Source of the DNA: a virus
Virus record (IMG/VR): IMGVR_UViG_3300012204_000007
Span: 56,831-120,830 of that record
Length of the DNA stretch: 64,000 bases
Reading direction: 5' to 3' (one strand)
Positions 37,501 through 45,707 of this stretch are shown piece by piece. The stretch's first letter is position 1; each line of letters opens with the position of its first letter. The position numbers were made by a program, and so were the translations under genes. The notes below the pieces were generated by a model, which worked only from the letters and a program-made list of their open reading frames with translations, made no database searches and had not been told where the DNA came from.

Positions 37501-39438
37501 TCTCTAACTGTCCGCGATGACTTCTTGCTACAGGGAACTGGAAACGCTCTGGCTGCTGGTGGTATCTTTACTTTGAATGCAAGCATTGTCGCGCCGGTAG
37601 GCACACCAACATTAAGTTTCTCATATGACCAAGCACAGACATGGATGGATAATACTTTCTCCTCATGGAAGTCCGGATTATGGTATGACTCTGGTACATA
37701 TGTTACAACTAACGCATTCTTTGGTGGTCAGGCATTTGGCACGTCGGCGGGCGGTGCATTCCTGTTTAATAAAGCGATGGCAGACGATGCAATTCCTAAT
37801 GGTTACTCGCCCTATGGTCTTGTTAAAATTTCCGGTAAGTTCTTTGTACTCATTAATGACCAAACTGATGGTCTATGGAAGGTACGACGTTATGCCAGCA
37901 CGGGAACAGGCTTTGATACCCTAGAAACCACTCTGTTTACATATGATAGACACACGACCATGGGTTGTACCGCGACCGAATGGAAGATTGATGGATTCAA
38001 TGGTTCTGCTCTAAATGACCCAGTAATTGGTACCGATGGTACCGATATCTATATTGCTAGATGCGCCAAGGGCGGTAAGATTTGGGTAGCAAAGTATAAT
38101 GTTTCTGGTACATATCAGTCAGAAGTAACAACCAATATCACAGACAACCAAAATTTGAAATCATTGAATATTGGCACATTCGACTTTGCTGCCACCAGAT
38201 ATGTTATTTCTACTGAGGGAAATGCAACCAAGGTTGCTAAGAACTATGTTACCAACACTTCCGGCGCGCACCAAACAACAGAAACATGGGGAACGCCAGG
38301 CGACAGAAAGTTGTGGGGAACCTGTTATAATGGTACGCAGTTTGTAACGCTGACTCAGACCAATAGATTGTATTTCCACACAAGTGTTGCAAAGACCGGC
38401 ACGAATGTTTGGTATACAAAGGGTGCTTGGTATGACGGAAATAACAGTAGAACTGTAAACATCAGTGCTGTGTCTGGAAACGGTGTAACCACGACCGTCA
38501 CAACATCTACCGCTCATGGCTATGTTGCTGGCGATATTGTCTATATCGCATCATCGTTAGGTGCTGCACTTAACAGTATCTATCACACAATTGTTACCAC
38601 ACCGTTGACAACCACATTCACAGTTTCATCTAACTATTCTGGTTCTGCTGGTGCTGGTGGTACGGTTACCAATGAATGGGAAACCTCATTATCAAGTTAT
38701 GCGACCACTACGATTACACGTAGAGCCAAGATGACTGTGTCCGCAGGCACACTTCCTGCTGGAACTGGGTCTAACATTCCTGACCGTGCTAGATTCTACT
38801 TCTCTAATACCGCAGGCGGCGCTGGTTCGTATTATAGACAGGATAACACGAACGCCAGCAGCCAACAGACTTTCGCAACAGACCCTACCTTTTCTGGTTC
38901 TACTGGGCCACTAACCGCATTCCCAGCCGGTACGGCAGCCATCTTGCAGTCTAATAATGGAAAGATGAGCATTACTGCTGACGGATATGCACTGTTTGGG
39001 GCAAGTACAGATGTTACTGCATCTGCTGGAAACACACCACCTCTTAGGGTTGGTAATCCAGCAGGTTCACACTTCCGTATTGACGGAGATGAAATTCAAA
39101 GAATGCTAGATGATACCACAGTCGGGCCAATGAGCCTGAATGCAAACGGTGGCGGTATTCGTCTTGGCAGCACTTCTACCATTTTCAGTAAGATAAAAAT
39201 GGGAGTCGCAGATGTAAGTTCTAATGCTTCTAGCATTACCACTACCGCCCACGGACTGGGTGCCGCCCCGGATATCGTTATGATTCAACCAAAGAACGTA
39301 GGTGTGGCGAGGACTGCTCGTTGGGATGTCGCCGCCAGCGATTCAACAAACTTCCAACTTCTATGGAATAAAACTTCTGACGGAACACTACTTGCTTCCG
39401 CAGTGGTCAACTTTGTTTGGATTGCCATCTTGTTCTAA
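34510..39438 (+). CDS. large tail fibre / receptor-binding protein
   Basis: Several FN3-like repeats (VDAVGNASAWS, VDKFGSLS, RDLSGN, VDRAGNKS), a carbohydrate-binding-like module, and C-terminal AHGLGAAPD. Confidence 0.8.
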   Translation: MSRLSLLGLTPGTNYKIQLRAVEGDQVSEWSRRFDLATSIDVTPPDVPAWAVSNDWVVNGDTFVATWQPLNFTLIQNKDFDHYEIEFDDTVSQTVIHTNNISETLDFEHNRQYFGTAKAVVKARVRSVDAVGNASAWSAQKTATNPAPSAPASITVTSLYDSIKVNWATVSDTDLIGYKVQVSTTSSSSGFSDIYNGPDNMFIHDTIMFVTDHWFRVYAVDKFGSLSTATTSGSVRPKTSFAIDGVPPATPATLTATGGFDTTNQQSYFDLSWSSVADSDLDVYIIRYGTNGTNWEYVTVPRENTTYRLSVDPSKSYYIAVTARDLSGNLQTTYRNASVYPVTSTADTSAPSQPAAPTVASNTLQAQIVVSGNKQAGGAMEPDVSFYEIYAGTSAGFTANNASMLGQIATGPAMVSTFDIPASGASGSNQTWYFKIIAVDRAGNKSSASPEVTSSVNLVATTNIGDLVVTNAKINDLAVNKLTAGSGIINNLIVKSTLTLGDASTDGIIQSYDYVAATTGFKLQKNALEINSGTIRAAALALQIGHNLMPPLYADFEAPASAYPANLSTGSLTTSAFTSAQVKFNTQSLLITSTAGAARTWYFGSSSTDYNIPLQPTTRYIISGYLYNATGSIVNGFFSIKQQDATIINGGLSAYANTAGWVRYQNVITTNSAATSGVLSFTLNSNATFYIDGIQIEESTNATNTTPSPWSPPGSTTINGALIKTGAIQSTALALDVNGATIAGIPAWKIDTLGNAVFGDALIRGRLIMGITGDYENSISPIYEADGTTIKAYYEDNTKLSGIGSIQSYNYSPGAAGWAIRSNGFAEFLQLKANSISADAIYAVSPDKLTPGTMTADLIIGTNIRAIEKDTLYITSKARTSNVATLTLSTSHSRLVGDQIQVKLDQTVAVDTTFDTPGSTFVSITAVTDTTISYSNTGSNVSVTAHAGDSYVYVEGRSVIVSPEGITLFNNDGVGRVVDLPTDPLLPAYFAGDVDANSLTVRDDFLLQGTGNALAAGGIFTLNASIVAPVGTPTLSFSYDQAQTWMDNTFSSWKSGLWYDSGTYVTTNAFFGGQAFGTSAGGAFLFNKAMADDAIPNGYSPYGLVKISGKFFVLINDQTDGLWKVRRYASTGTGFDTLETTLFTYDRHTTMGCTATEWKIDGFNGSALNDPVIGTDGTDIYIARCAKGGKIWVAKYNVSGTYQSEVTTNITDNQNLKSLNIGTFDFAATRYVISTEGNATKVAKNYVTNTSGAHQTTETWGTPGDRKLWGTCYNGTQFVTLTQTNRLYFHTSVAKTGTNVWYTKGAWYDGNNSRTVNISAVSGNGVTTTVTTSTAHGYVAGDIVYIASSLGAALNSIYHTIVTTPLTTTFTVSSNYSGSAGAGGTVTNEWETSLSSYATTTITRRAKMTVSAGTLPAGTGSNIPDRARFYFSNTAGGAGSYYRQDNTNASSQQTFATDPTFSGSTGPLTAFPAGTAAILQSNNGKMSITADGYALFGASTDVTASAGNTPPLRVGNPAGSHFRIDGDEIQRMLDDTTVGPMSLNANGGGIRLGSTSTIFSKIKMGVADVSSNASSITTTAHGLGAAPDIVMIQPKNVGVARTARWDVAASDSTNFQLLWNKTSDGTLLASAVVNFVWIAILF

Positions 39439-39441
39439 GAC

Positions 39442-39470
39442 TTGACACGGGCCGGTAGGTCCGTTATAAT
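39442..39470 (+). promoter_or_regulatory. consensus sigma70 promoter
   Basis: TTGACA-17-TATAAT with GGCCGGTAGG in the spacer. Confidence 0.9.
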
Positions 39471-39494
39471 TACAACAACAAGAAAGAGAACTAT

Positions 39495-39725
39495 ATGTTA
39501 GAACAAGTAGCAGAACAAGTAACTAGAGGACAGAAAGACTCTCTTAAAGTACAAGCACTTACACAGCGTATTGCACAACTAGTTGCACAGTATGAAGAAC
39601 AACTTGCTGAACTGCGCGCAGATGCGACGGTACAAATTTCAATGTTGACCCAAACCACCCAGACGCTGCAAAAAGAACTAGATGCAACGAGGATTACAGA
39701 TGAGCCTCTGGTCGAAGAAGACTAA
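39495..39725 (+). CDS. coiled-coil hypothetical protein
   Basis: 76-aa helical ORF downstream of the promoter. Confidence 0.7.
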   Translation: MLEQVAEQVTRGQKDSLKVQALTQRIAQLVAQYEEQLAELRADATVQISMLTQTTQTLQKELDATRITDEPLVEED

Positions 39726-40104
39726 GCCTAATTTACCAACATCGTCTGTAACCTACCCGGTCGGTACTGCTGTCGTTACTGAGAGTAACAGATATTTCAT
39801 AAACAGAGATGGAAAGAAGTATCGAATCCAGTCTAACGCTATCTGGCAGTCGTGGGCGTTCCCGCTGGTAGTTCACACCAGCGAAGTTGCGGTGTCCAAG
39901 TATCCGACAGCGGTAACAAAACTTGCTTTCCGCGACGGCTCTTTGCTAAATAACATTGCAGATGGTAAACTGTATATAGTATCAGATGGTGTGCTAAGAC
40001 ATATCACCAGCCCCTCTCTCTTGGAGAGGCTTGGTAATCCAACCGCGACGTTGGTCTCCGATGCTGAGATTAAAATAATGAAGCAAGGAGAAGAAATCTA
40101 CTAA
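39700..40104 (+). CDS. hypothetical protein with internal duplication
   Basis: Two similar halves (YFINRDGKKYRIQS / YIVSDGVLRHITS). Confidence 0.7.
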   Translation: MSLWSKKTKPNLPTSSVTYPVGTAVVTESNRYFINRDGKKYRIQSNAIWQSWAFPLVVHTSEVAVSKYPTAVTKLAFRDGSLLNNIADGKLYIVSDGVLRHITSPSLLERLGNPTATLVSDAEIKIMKQGEEIY

Positions 40105-40541
40105 TGACAAATACCGCCTTCAAGGTAATCAGTTGGTCTAAGAACGACCCTGTTACCCTTGGCAAACTGCAAGCACTGGTCAATAATGACAATTACCTGC
40201 GTGACACCATGATGCGCGGTAGATATGGTGCGAACGGTGTCAATAGAGACACTGGTATTCGTATGGCGTCCGGCCTTGCACTTATAACATCTGGTAAGAC
40301 TGCTTGGAAGACAAAGTATGTATCATTTGGTAATTACTTTAGTGATTCTTGCAAACCAATAGTTACTACTGGAATCGTATCTGCATCGCAGAGACAGATT
40401 TTCTGTACTATAGACGGTCCAGGCTCTAAGCCACAGCCAACGCGAGATGGATTCCAAGTCCATGTATTTGTTGAGTCTAAGAACAAAAAGAAGAAGATTA
40501 GTAGAAACTTCTACGTAGCCTGGCACGCCCTAGGATATTAA
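40104..40541 (+). CDS. putative minor structural protein
   Basis: N-terminal W..NDPVT..KLQ; C-terminal VSFG.YF...PIV....VAWHALGY, as in fibre-tip domains. Confidence 0.55.
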   Translation: MTNTAFKVISWSKNDPVTLGKLQALVNNDNYLRDTMMRGRYGANGVNRDTGIRMASGLALITSGKTAWKTKYVSFGNYFSDSCKPIVTTGIVSASQRQIFCTIDGPGSKPQPTRDGFQVHVFVESKNKKKKISRNFYVAWHALGY

Positions 40542-40563
40542 ACCGCAAGGAGGGTGTTTTGTA

Positions 40564-40851
40564 TTGGCAAAGCGCCGGTATAAGGGTAAGTATTACTCAC
40601 CTAAGCGAAGAGCAATCTATGCTCAGGGTGACAAGATTGACCATCTTACCTTATTCAATATGCATAAATGGATATGTAACATCTGTAAAGAGCCAATAAA
40701 TCCTAAATTGAGGTTTCCAAACAACATGGCTGCAACAGTTGAACATGTCCGCCCACTTAAACTTCAAGGAACACACACTTGGGATAATGTGAGGCCAGCC
40801 CATGCAATATGTAATTTTAATAAGGGTGCATCAGAACCAGAGACATGCTAG
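40564..40851 (+). CDS. HNH endonuclease
   Basis: CNIC...TVEHVRPL..QGTHTWDNVRPAHAICN. Confidence 0.85.
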   Translation: MAKRRYKGKYYSPKRRAIYAQGDKIDHLTLFNMHKWICNICKEPINPKLRFPNNMAATVEHVRPLKLQGTHTWDNVRPAHAICNFNKGASEPETC

Positions 40852-40860
40852 AATATTTGT

Positions 40861-41532
40861 ATGGACCAAAGACTTCGGGCAGCCGTTATATCATTTTTGT
40901 CTGTGATACTTATAACATTGACGCCGGTAGGTCTCTTTGCCATCAAAGGTCAATCAACAGACTCTAATCTAGCAGAAGGTATACCAACGGTGACCCTTAC
41001 CCTGCCCAATAATACTGTGACAATCACCGGCCCACCAATTACCATTTCTGGCCCTCCTGTGACAATTACGGCACCGCCCGGACTAGCAACTCGCACAGTA
41101 ACGGTGCGAGTACATCCACACAGACCAAGGAAGACGGTCTATATACATGTTCCAGGTCCAGTCAGGACTGTGTACGTTATTCAGCCAGGGCACACTGTCA
41201 CTGTACGCCCTCATAATACTGTAGTGACGCACATGGTAACCATCACTTCCCATCCAACTAGACAGGCAGGGGATGTTCATGGTACAGTTAGCCCAGCACC
41301 AGAGCCCGAGGTAGTAACTCAGGTCAGGACTAAGACTCAAGTAATTGTTCGAAAGATTCTTCTGAGCGCGTTGGTGAGCATCGTGCTCACCATACTAGGC
41401 ATCCTTGCTCTCTATATTGGATATATATTAGGTCAGAGAGATGCCCAGAAGTATGATAATAGAATTCTTAAGGGTCTTATTAGTAGGGCTCGCGGGGAGC
41501 ATAAGCATTTTAGTGAGGAAGAAATTGAGTGA
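40861..41532 (+). CDS. membrane protein with Thr/Pro/Val-rich linker
   Basis: N- and C-terminal hydrophobic helices flank TVT/ITGPP repeats. Confidence 0.75.
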   Translation: MDQRLRAAVISFLSVILITLTPVGLFAIKGQSTDSNLAEGIPTVTLTLPNNTVTITGPPITISGPPVTITAPPGLATRTVTVRVHPHRPRKTVYIHVPGPVRTVYVIQPGHTVTVRPHNTVVTHMVTITSHPTRQAGDVHGTVSPAPEPEVVTQVRTKTQVIVRKILLSALVSIVLTILGILALYIGYILGQRDAQKYDNRILKGLISRARGEHKHFSEEEIE

Positions 41533-42376
41533 AGTATTAAAATGGTCGTTTGTCGGAGACTTACAAATGCCATATCATGATAGGCGCGCGGTAGCGCTGT
41601 TTATGAAGGCTATGAAGTCTTGGAAACCAGACATTATAGATGTGGTTGGTGATATTGATGACCAGTTGGAATATTCAACATTCAGCGATGGCACTACCGA
41701 CGACTTCTTCAATAAGTTGAAGAAGGAAAAGAAGTTGATGATAGAAGAAAGTAATGGCGAGGAACGCGAAGAGACAGATGAAGAGTTTCGCAAGCGCCTC
41801 TCTCCACTTCCCTTCATCACAAAGAACGCACTAGCCGCGCGGTCATTCTATTCAGACATACGCAAGCAGCATTCAAACGCTGAGATTCATGCAAGCCTAG
41901 GCAATCATGACATTCGTATATTTAAGTATATCGATAGAAAAGCCCCAGACTACATAGACCAGATTACACCTAATATGCTATGGGGGCTAGACGACTTAGG
42001 CATAACGTGGAGGCATTATGATGTACCGCCGCTGGAACGTTATGCTGGTATTCATGTGCATCATGGTGCCACGACTACGACCACAGGGCTCGCGGTAAGA
42101 ACTGATATTGAAACATACAATATTAGTCTGGTGCGTGGCCATGACCACAGAGGCGGCGTCGTATATAAATCGTACCCGATGACTAAGAGTAGTCTTGCCG
42201 GTATGGGAACAGGTCACCTATGTGACCCATCTGGATACGGCCTCAAATATGCTATCAACCCTTCATGGGAACAAGGATTCGGTATAGCACATATCGTAGA
42301 CGGCAAGGCGCATCTGAGTTTCATTCCCATGAGGGATTACGTTTGTGTGTTAGACGGAAAGGTGTTTAAAGGATGA
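41525..42376 (+). CDS. calcineurin-like metallophosphoesterase
   Basis: GDLQ, VGD..D, LGNHD, HHG, GHDHR. Confidence 0.88.
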   Translation: MSEVLKWSFVGDLQMPYHDRRAVALFMKAMKSWKPDIIDVVGDIDDQLEYSTFSDGTTDDFFNKLKKEKKLMIEESNGEEREETDEEFRKRLSPLPFITKNALAARSFYSDIRKQHSNAEIHASLGNHDIRIFKYIDRKAPDYIDQITPNMLWGLDDLGITWRHYDVPPLERYAGIHVHHGATTTTTGLAVRTDIETYNISLVRGHDHRGGVVYKSYPMTKSSLAGMGTGHLCDPSGYGLKYAINPSWEQGFGIAHIVDGKAHLSFIPMRDYVCVLDGKVFKG

Positions 42377-42519
42377 TTACTTGGAGAGATGTTGCCGCAA
42401 GGAGACCAGAGACAATTCAATTATATGTACAAGAGATGGGTCCGCTACCAGATGGAGAAGTGACCGAAGAATCTTGGAATTTGTTTTGGGAGTGGTTGAC
42501 TGGTGAATCTGAATTATAA
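42373..42519 (+). CDS. small hypothetical protein (not in ORF track)
   Basis: MITWRDVAARRPETIQLYVQEMGPLPDGEVTEESWNLFWEWLTGESEL; ATGA overlap. Confidence 0.55.
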   Translation: MITWRDVAARRPETIQLYVQEMGPLPDGEVTEESWNLFWEWLTGESEL

Positions 42520-42566
42520 TTCTTCATGTGCTACAATGAAAGTAATAAAGTGTGAAGGAGGTTCAC

Positions 42567-42890
42567 ATGACTCTTTATGCAAAGTCCGCAGTTATGGTTT
42601 TGATGACTGTTGTATCTGCTATTGTCGCCGCTCTGACTGACGATAAGGTATCAACCGCAGAGTGGATTAATGTTGCCATCATTGGCTTCGGTGCCGCTCA
42701 GGTATTTACAGCAGCCAACATTCCTGGCGCTAAATACACCAAGTTTAGTTTGGCGCTGCTTACAGCAGCCGCGACCGCGCTGGTATCATTCCTATCTAAT
42801 GGAGTAACTGTTGCAGAGTGGTTGCAGGTAGCAGTAGCAGCAGCCGCAGCGGTTGGTGTTGCAGCCGCCCCAAGAAGCGGCTCTTATTAA
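42567..42890 (+). CDS. holin-like membrane protein
   Basis: Small duplicated multi-TM protein (STAEWINVA / TVAEWLQVA); AAGGAGGT SD; TGCTACAAT promoter. Confidence 0.65.
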   Translation: MTLYAKSAVMVLMTVVSAIVAALTDDKVSTAEWINVAIIGFGAAQVFTAANIPGAKYTKFSLALLTAAATALVSFLSNGVTVAEWLQVAVAAAAAVGVAAAPRSGSY

Positions 42891-42902
42891 GATTGGAAAG
42901 AA

Positions 42903-43073
42903 ATGATTGTTTGTTCGAAATGTGGCGGTAAGGTTTTTGTAGACATGACATTTACTGATAATGTCAACTATGAAGCCTTCTGCCTCTGCTGTGGAAAGCG
43001 GACCTTTGTTGGACCAAGCCATCCGCTTTTCACAACATTTAAAAATTATGTAAAGTCAGTATTAGTATCATGA
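42903..43073 (+). CDS. zinc-ribbon protein (not in ORF track)
   Basis: MIVCSKCGGKVFVD...FCLCCGKR; ATGA overlap with the next gene. Confidence 0.7.
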   Translation: MIVCSKCGGKVFVDMTFTDNVNYEAFCLCCGKRTFVGPSHPLFTTFKNYVKSVLVS

Positions 43074-43579
43074 CAAACCAAAAGAAGCCAAAGATTCCCC
43101 CGTTAAGGTACTTCTTTTATCATGGTAAACTGCACAAAAAGATTCACATTAACAGGGGCGCTGACATTATCACAGCGTGGAACTATCCTGATGGTGTCTT
43201 AGAAAAGTATATCTATTCGGATGTGCGTAAGAATGGCGAGCAAGCGTTCTCTATGAGCCAAGTCGTCAAGATGATAAATCGCAAGCATTCGACTCTAAGA
43301 CAGGCCATCTATGCAGGTAATATTAGGACTCCACAGACCACTTATGGTATTGATGAGAACCGCAACAACTATGCATATTACTGGTCTGAAAAGGATATCA
43401 TGGAACTACATGCATATCTAAAGACGGTTCACAAAGGACACCCAAGGAAAGACGGTAGGATAACGCCACTTAAGTTGCCTACTGTCGCAGAGTTGCGCGC
43501 GATGATAAGACAGGGTACAGTATTCTATGTCAAGGTTGGCGACGAGTTCGTGCCAACCTGGCATGCTGAGAACATCTAA
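43070..43579 (+). CDS. putative DNA-binding (HTH) protein
   Basis: FSMSQVVKMINRKHSTLRQAI...YYWSEKDI resembles a MerR-like HTH. Confidence 0.55.
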   Translation: MTNQKKPKIPPLRYFFYHGKLHKKIHINRGADIITAWNYPDGVLEKYIYSDVRKNGEQAFSMSQVVKMINRKHSTLRQAIYAGNIRTPQTTYGIDENRNNYAYYWSEKDIMELHAYLKTVHKGHPRKDGRITPLKLPTVAELRAMIRQGTVFYVKVGDEFVPTWHAENI

Positions 43580-43588
43580 GGAGTAATA

Positions 43589-43795
43589 ATGGGAAGTGTT
43601 TCATACAGGGCTAGGTTTACCCGCAACATGGGTAACTTTGAGAGTCTTCAACTAGAGATTGGCGTAGAAGATGAGCCTCGCGGCGATGAGAAGTTCTCCG
43701 AGGCTTACAACCGGGTCAAGGATTTTGTTGAGTCGAAGTTGCTTGAAGAGGTTGAGTCTCTAGAAAATGACATCAAGAGGGTTCGTAACAAGTAA
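43589..43795 (+). CDS. hypothetical protein
   Basis: TRNMGNFESLQLEIG; AAGGAG SD. Confidence 0.75.
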   Translation: MGSVSYRARFTRNMGNFESLQLEIGVEDEPRGDEKFSEAYNRVKDFVESKLLEEVESLENDIKRVRNK

Positions 43796-44136
43796 TGGCG
43801 ACTCCCAAACAGGCTCACGCTCTTGTGTCTTACTTTGGGAAGAAGTATAAAGAGAAATACGGTTCAGACCCGAAGTCTAATCGCTATGCGGCCCGTTGGG
43901 GTTTTGACTCGATTCTTATGGATATCAATGAGTCAGAAATTAAAGACTTGATTGATTATTATTTTGAGACGATAGGCACCAATGGCCACACTCTCGACTG
44001 GTTCTTCTACAATTATGAGAAGTTAGTGGTAGCCAAAGAAAAAAGAGATGAAGACGTTGCTGCATTAGCGCGTATACGCGAGAAGACTCGTATTCGCACC
44101 GAGATGTGGAGGGCAAAACAGAATGATAACAACTGA
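43795..44136 (+). CDS. hypothetical protein (possible helicase partner)
   Basis: Coupled directly upstream of DnaB. Confidence 0.65.
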   Translation: MATPKQAHALVSYFGKKYKEKYGSDPKSNRYAARWGFDSILMDINESEIKDLIDYYFETIGTNGHTLDWFFYNYEKLVVAKEKRDEDVAALARIREKTRIRTEMWRAKQNDNN

Positions 44137-45376
44137 ACTGAAAGTTTTGAATTCAGTTTGTATTACCAAGAACATCCAGCCAGTAATGGCTGGTAATCAC
44201 ATTGATAAGATGTTCGTAGGATATCCTGACGTGTGGGCCTTCGTTAAGGACTACTATGCAAAGCATAGAACAATTCCAGATGTATCAATCCTTGAGGGCA
44301 AGTTCAATTATTTTGACAAGGTCGATGCACCCGGAGAGACTGATTACTATGTAGATATGCTTCGTGAGGAATATATCAACTCTGAACTAGAGGTTGTTAC
44401 GCTTAAATTGCGCGACAAGGTTGGTAAGATTGCATCTGGTAAGATTTTGCAGGGTGTCATCGGAGACCTTATGGAACTACAGAATGTCTCTGTAGAGTCG
44501 CAAGACCTAGACATTACAGACTTTGAAGCAGCACAGAAGGACTACGAGGCAACAAGGTTCCTTGCCGAGCAAATGGGCGGCGTGCCTGGAATTCCGACCG
44601 GTATCGGCTTCATTGATTCTGCATATACATCTGGTCTTGCCGGTGGCGATTTGATTGTCGTGCTAGGTTGGACCGGTAGAGCGAAATCACTATTGACAAC
44701 GCTTATCTGTGTCAACGCCTTCAATAAGGGCTTTAAGCCTATGATTGTCTCTTTGGAGATGAATAGTAAGAAGGTTCGAGACCGAGCATATACTATGATG
44801 GGTAATGGTCTATTCAAGAACAGCGACCTGGCCCTAGGTGATATTAGAGAAGATGATTTTAGGTCGTGGGCCGGTAAGATGAAGAAAGGCAAGGGGTTCA
44901 CTGTTGTAAGTCACGATGGAAATAATGAAATTACCCCGGCTGTTGTTCAATCCAAGATTGACCAGCACAAGCCAGATATCATCGTATTGGATTATGCTCA
45001 GTTGATGAGTGACAATAGCAACTCCAACGATATGACTTCACGTATGAGGAATATGTCAAAAGAGTTCAAGAGGTTGGCGACAGCCAACAATATTCCAATC
45101 ATTCTTATCTCATCAGCAACGCCTGAGTCTAGCGCGTCCATTAATACGCCGCCTATTATTGAACAAGTCGCATGGTCGAAGCAGTTGTCGTTCGATGCAG
45201 ACCTGGCATTCGCTGTTCACCGACACGATGCACAGATTGAGAACGGAATGGTAATTATTGAAATCGCCGGTAGGAAGAACCGTAATGGTGAACTATTCAG
45301 TGGATACTTCAAGGCAGATATTAACTCTGGAACATATGAAGAGTTCTTTGCCCTAGAGGAAATTGGTCAAATGTAG
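44123..45376 (+). CDS. dnaB: replicative DnaB-like helicase
   Basis: GIPTG, GWTGRAKS (variant Walker A), SLEM, IVLDYAQLM, KNRNG. Confidence 0.9.
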   Translation: MITTELKVLNSVCITKNIQPVMAGNHIDKMFVGYPDVWAFVKDYYAKHRTIPDVSILEGKFNYFDKVDAPGETDYYVDMLREEYINSELEVVTLKLRDKVGKIASGKILQGVIGDLMELQNVSVESQDLDITDFEAAQKDYEATRFLAEQMGGVPGIPTGIGFIDSAYTSGLAGGDLIVVLGWTGRAKSLLTTLICVNAFNKGFKPMIVSLEMNSKKVRDRAYTMMGNGLFKNSDLALGDIREDDFRSWAGKMKKGKGFTVVSHDGNNEITPAVVQSKIDQHKPDIIVLDYAQLMSDNSNSNDMTSRMRNMSKEFKRLATANNIPIILISSATPESSASINTPPIIEQVAWSKQLSFDADLAFAVHRHDAQIENGMVIIEIAGRKNRNGELFSGYFKADINSGTYEEFFALEEIGQM

Positions 45377-45413
45377 TAATCGTGATATAATTCTATTAAA
45401 TAGATAGGATTTC

Positions 45414-45707
45414 ATGATGCATAAAGATATTAAGCGCTTCGGCTTGACAGGACAGATTACATCTGATACATTCCTGTCAACAAGGGAAACGCTTATCAAG
45501 GAAGTAGAGGACGGCATGCGGGACGAAGGGTTCGTCCCGGTGCTGGACCTGATTCCACAATTTACTAGGGTGTACGACAATACCACAGAAACGTTCTCCT
45601 TTGAACTATCCATATATGGAATACATGTAGGAGAAGATAAAGCATGGCAAGTCGCCGGAATGATGAATGGAATTCTACAAGAGAGGTCTACTCGCCCGCA
45701 GAGGTAG
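45414..45707 (+). CDS. hypothetical protein
   Basis: 97-aa ORF after a TGATATAAT promoter. Confidence 0.7.
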   Translation: MMHKDIKRFGLTGQITSDTFLSTRETLIKEVEDGMRDEGFVPVLDLIPQFTRVYDNTTETFSFELSIYGIHVGEDKAWQVAGMMNGILQERSTRPQR

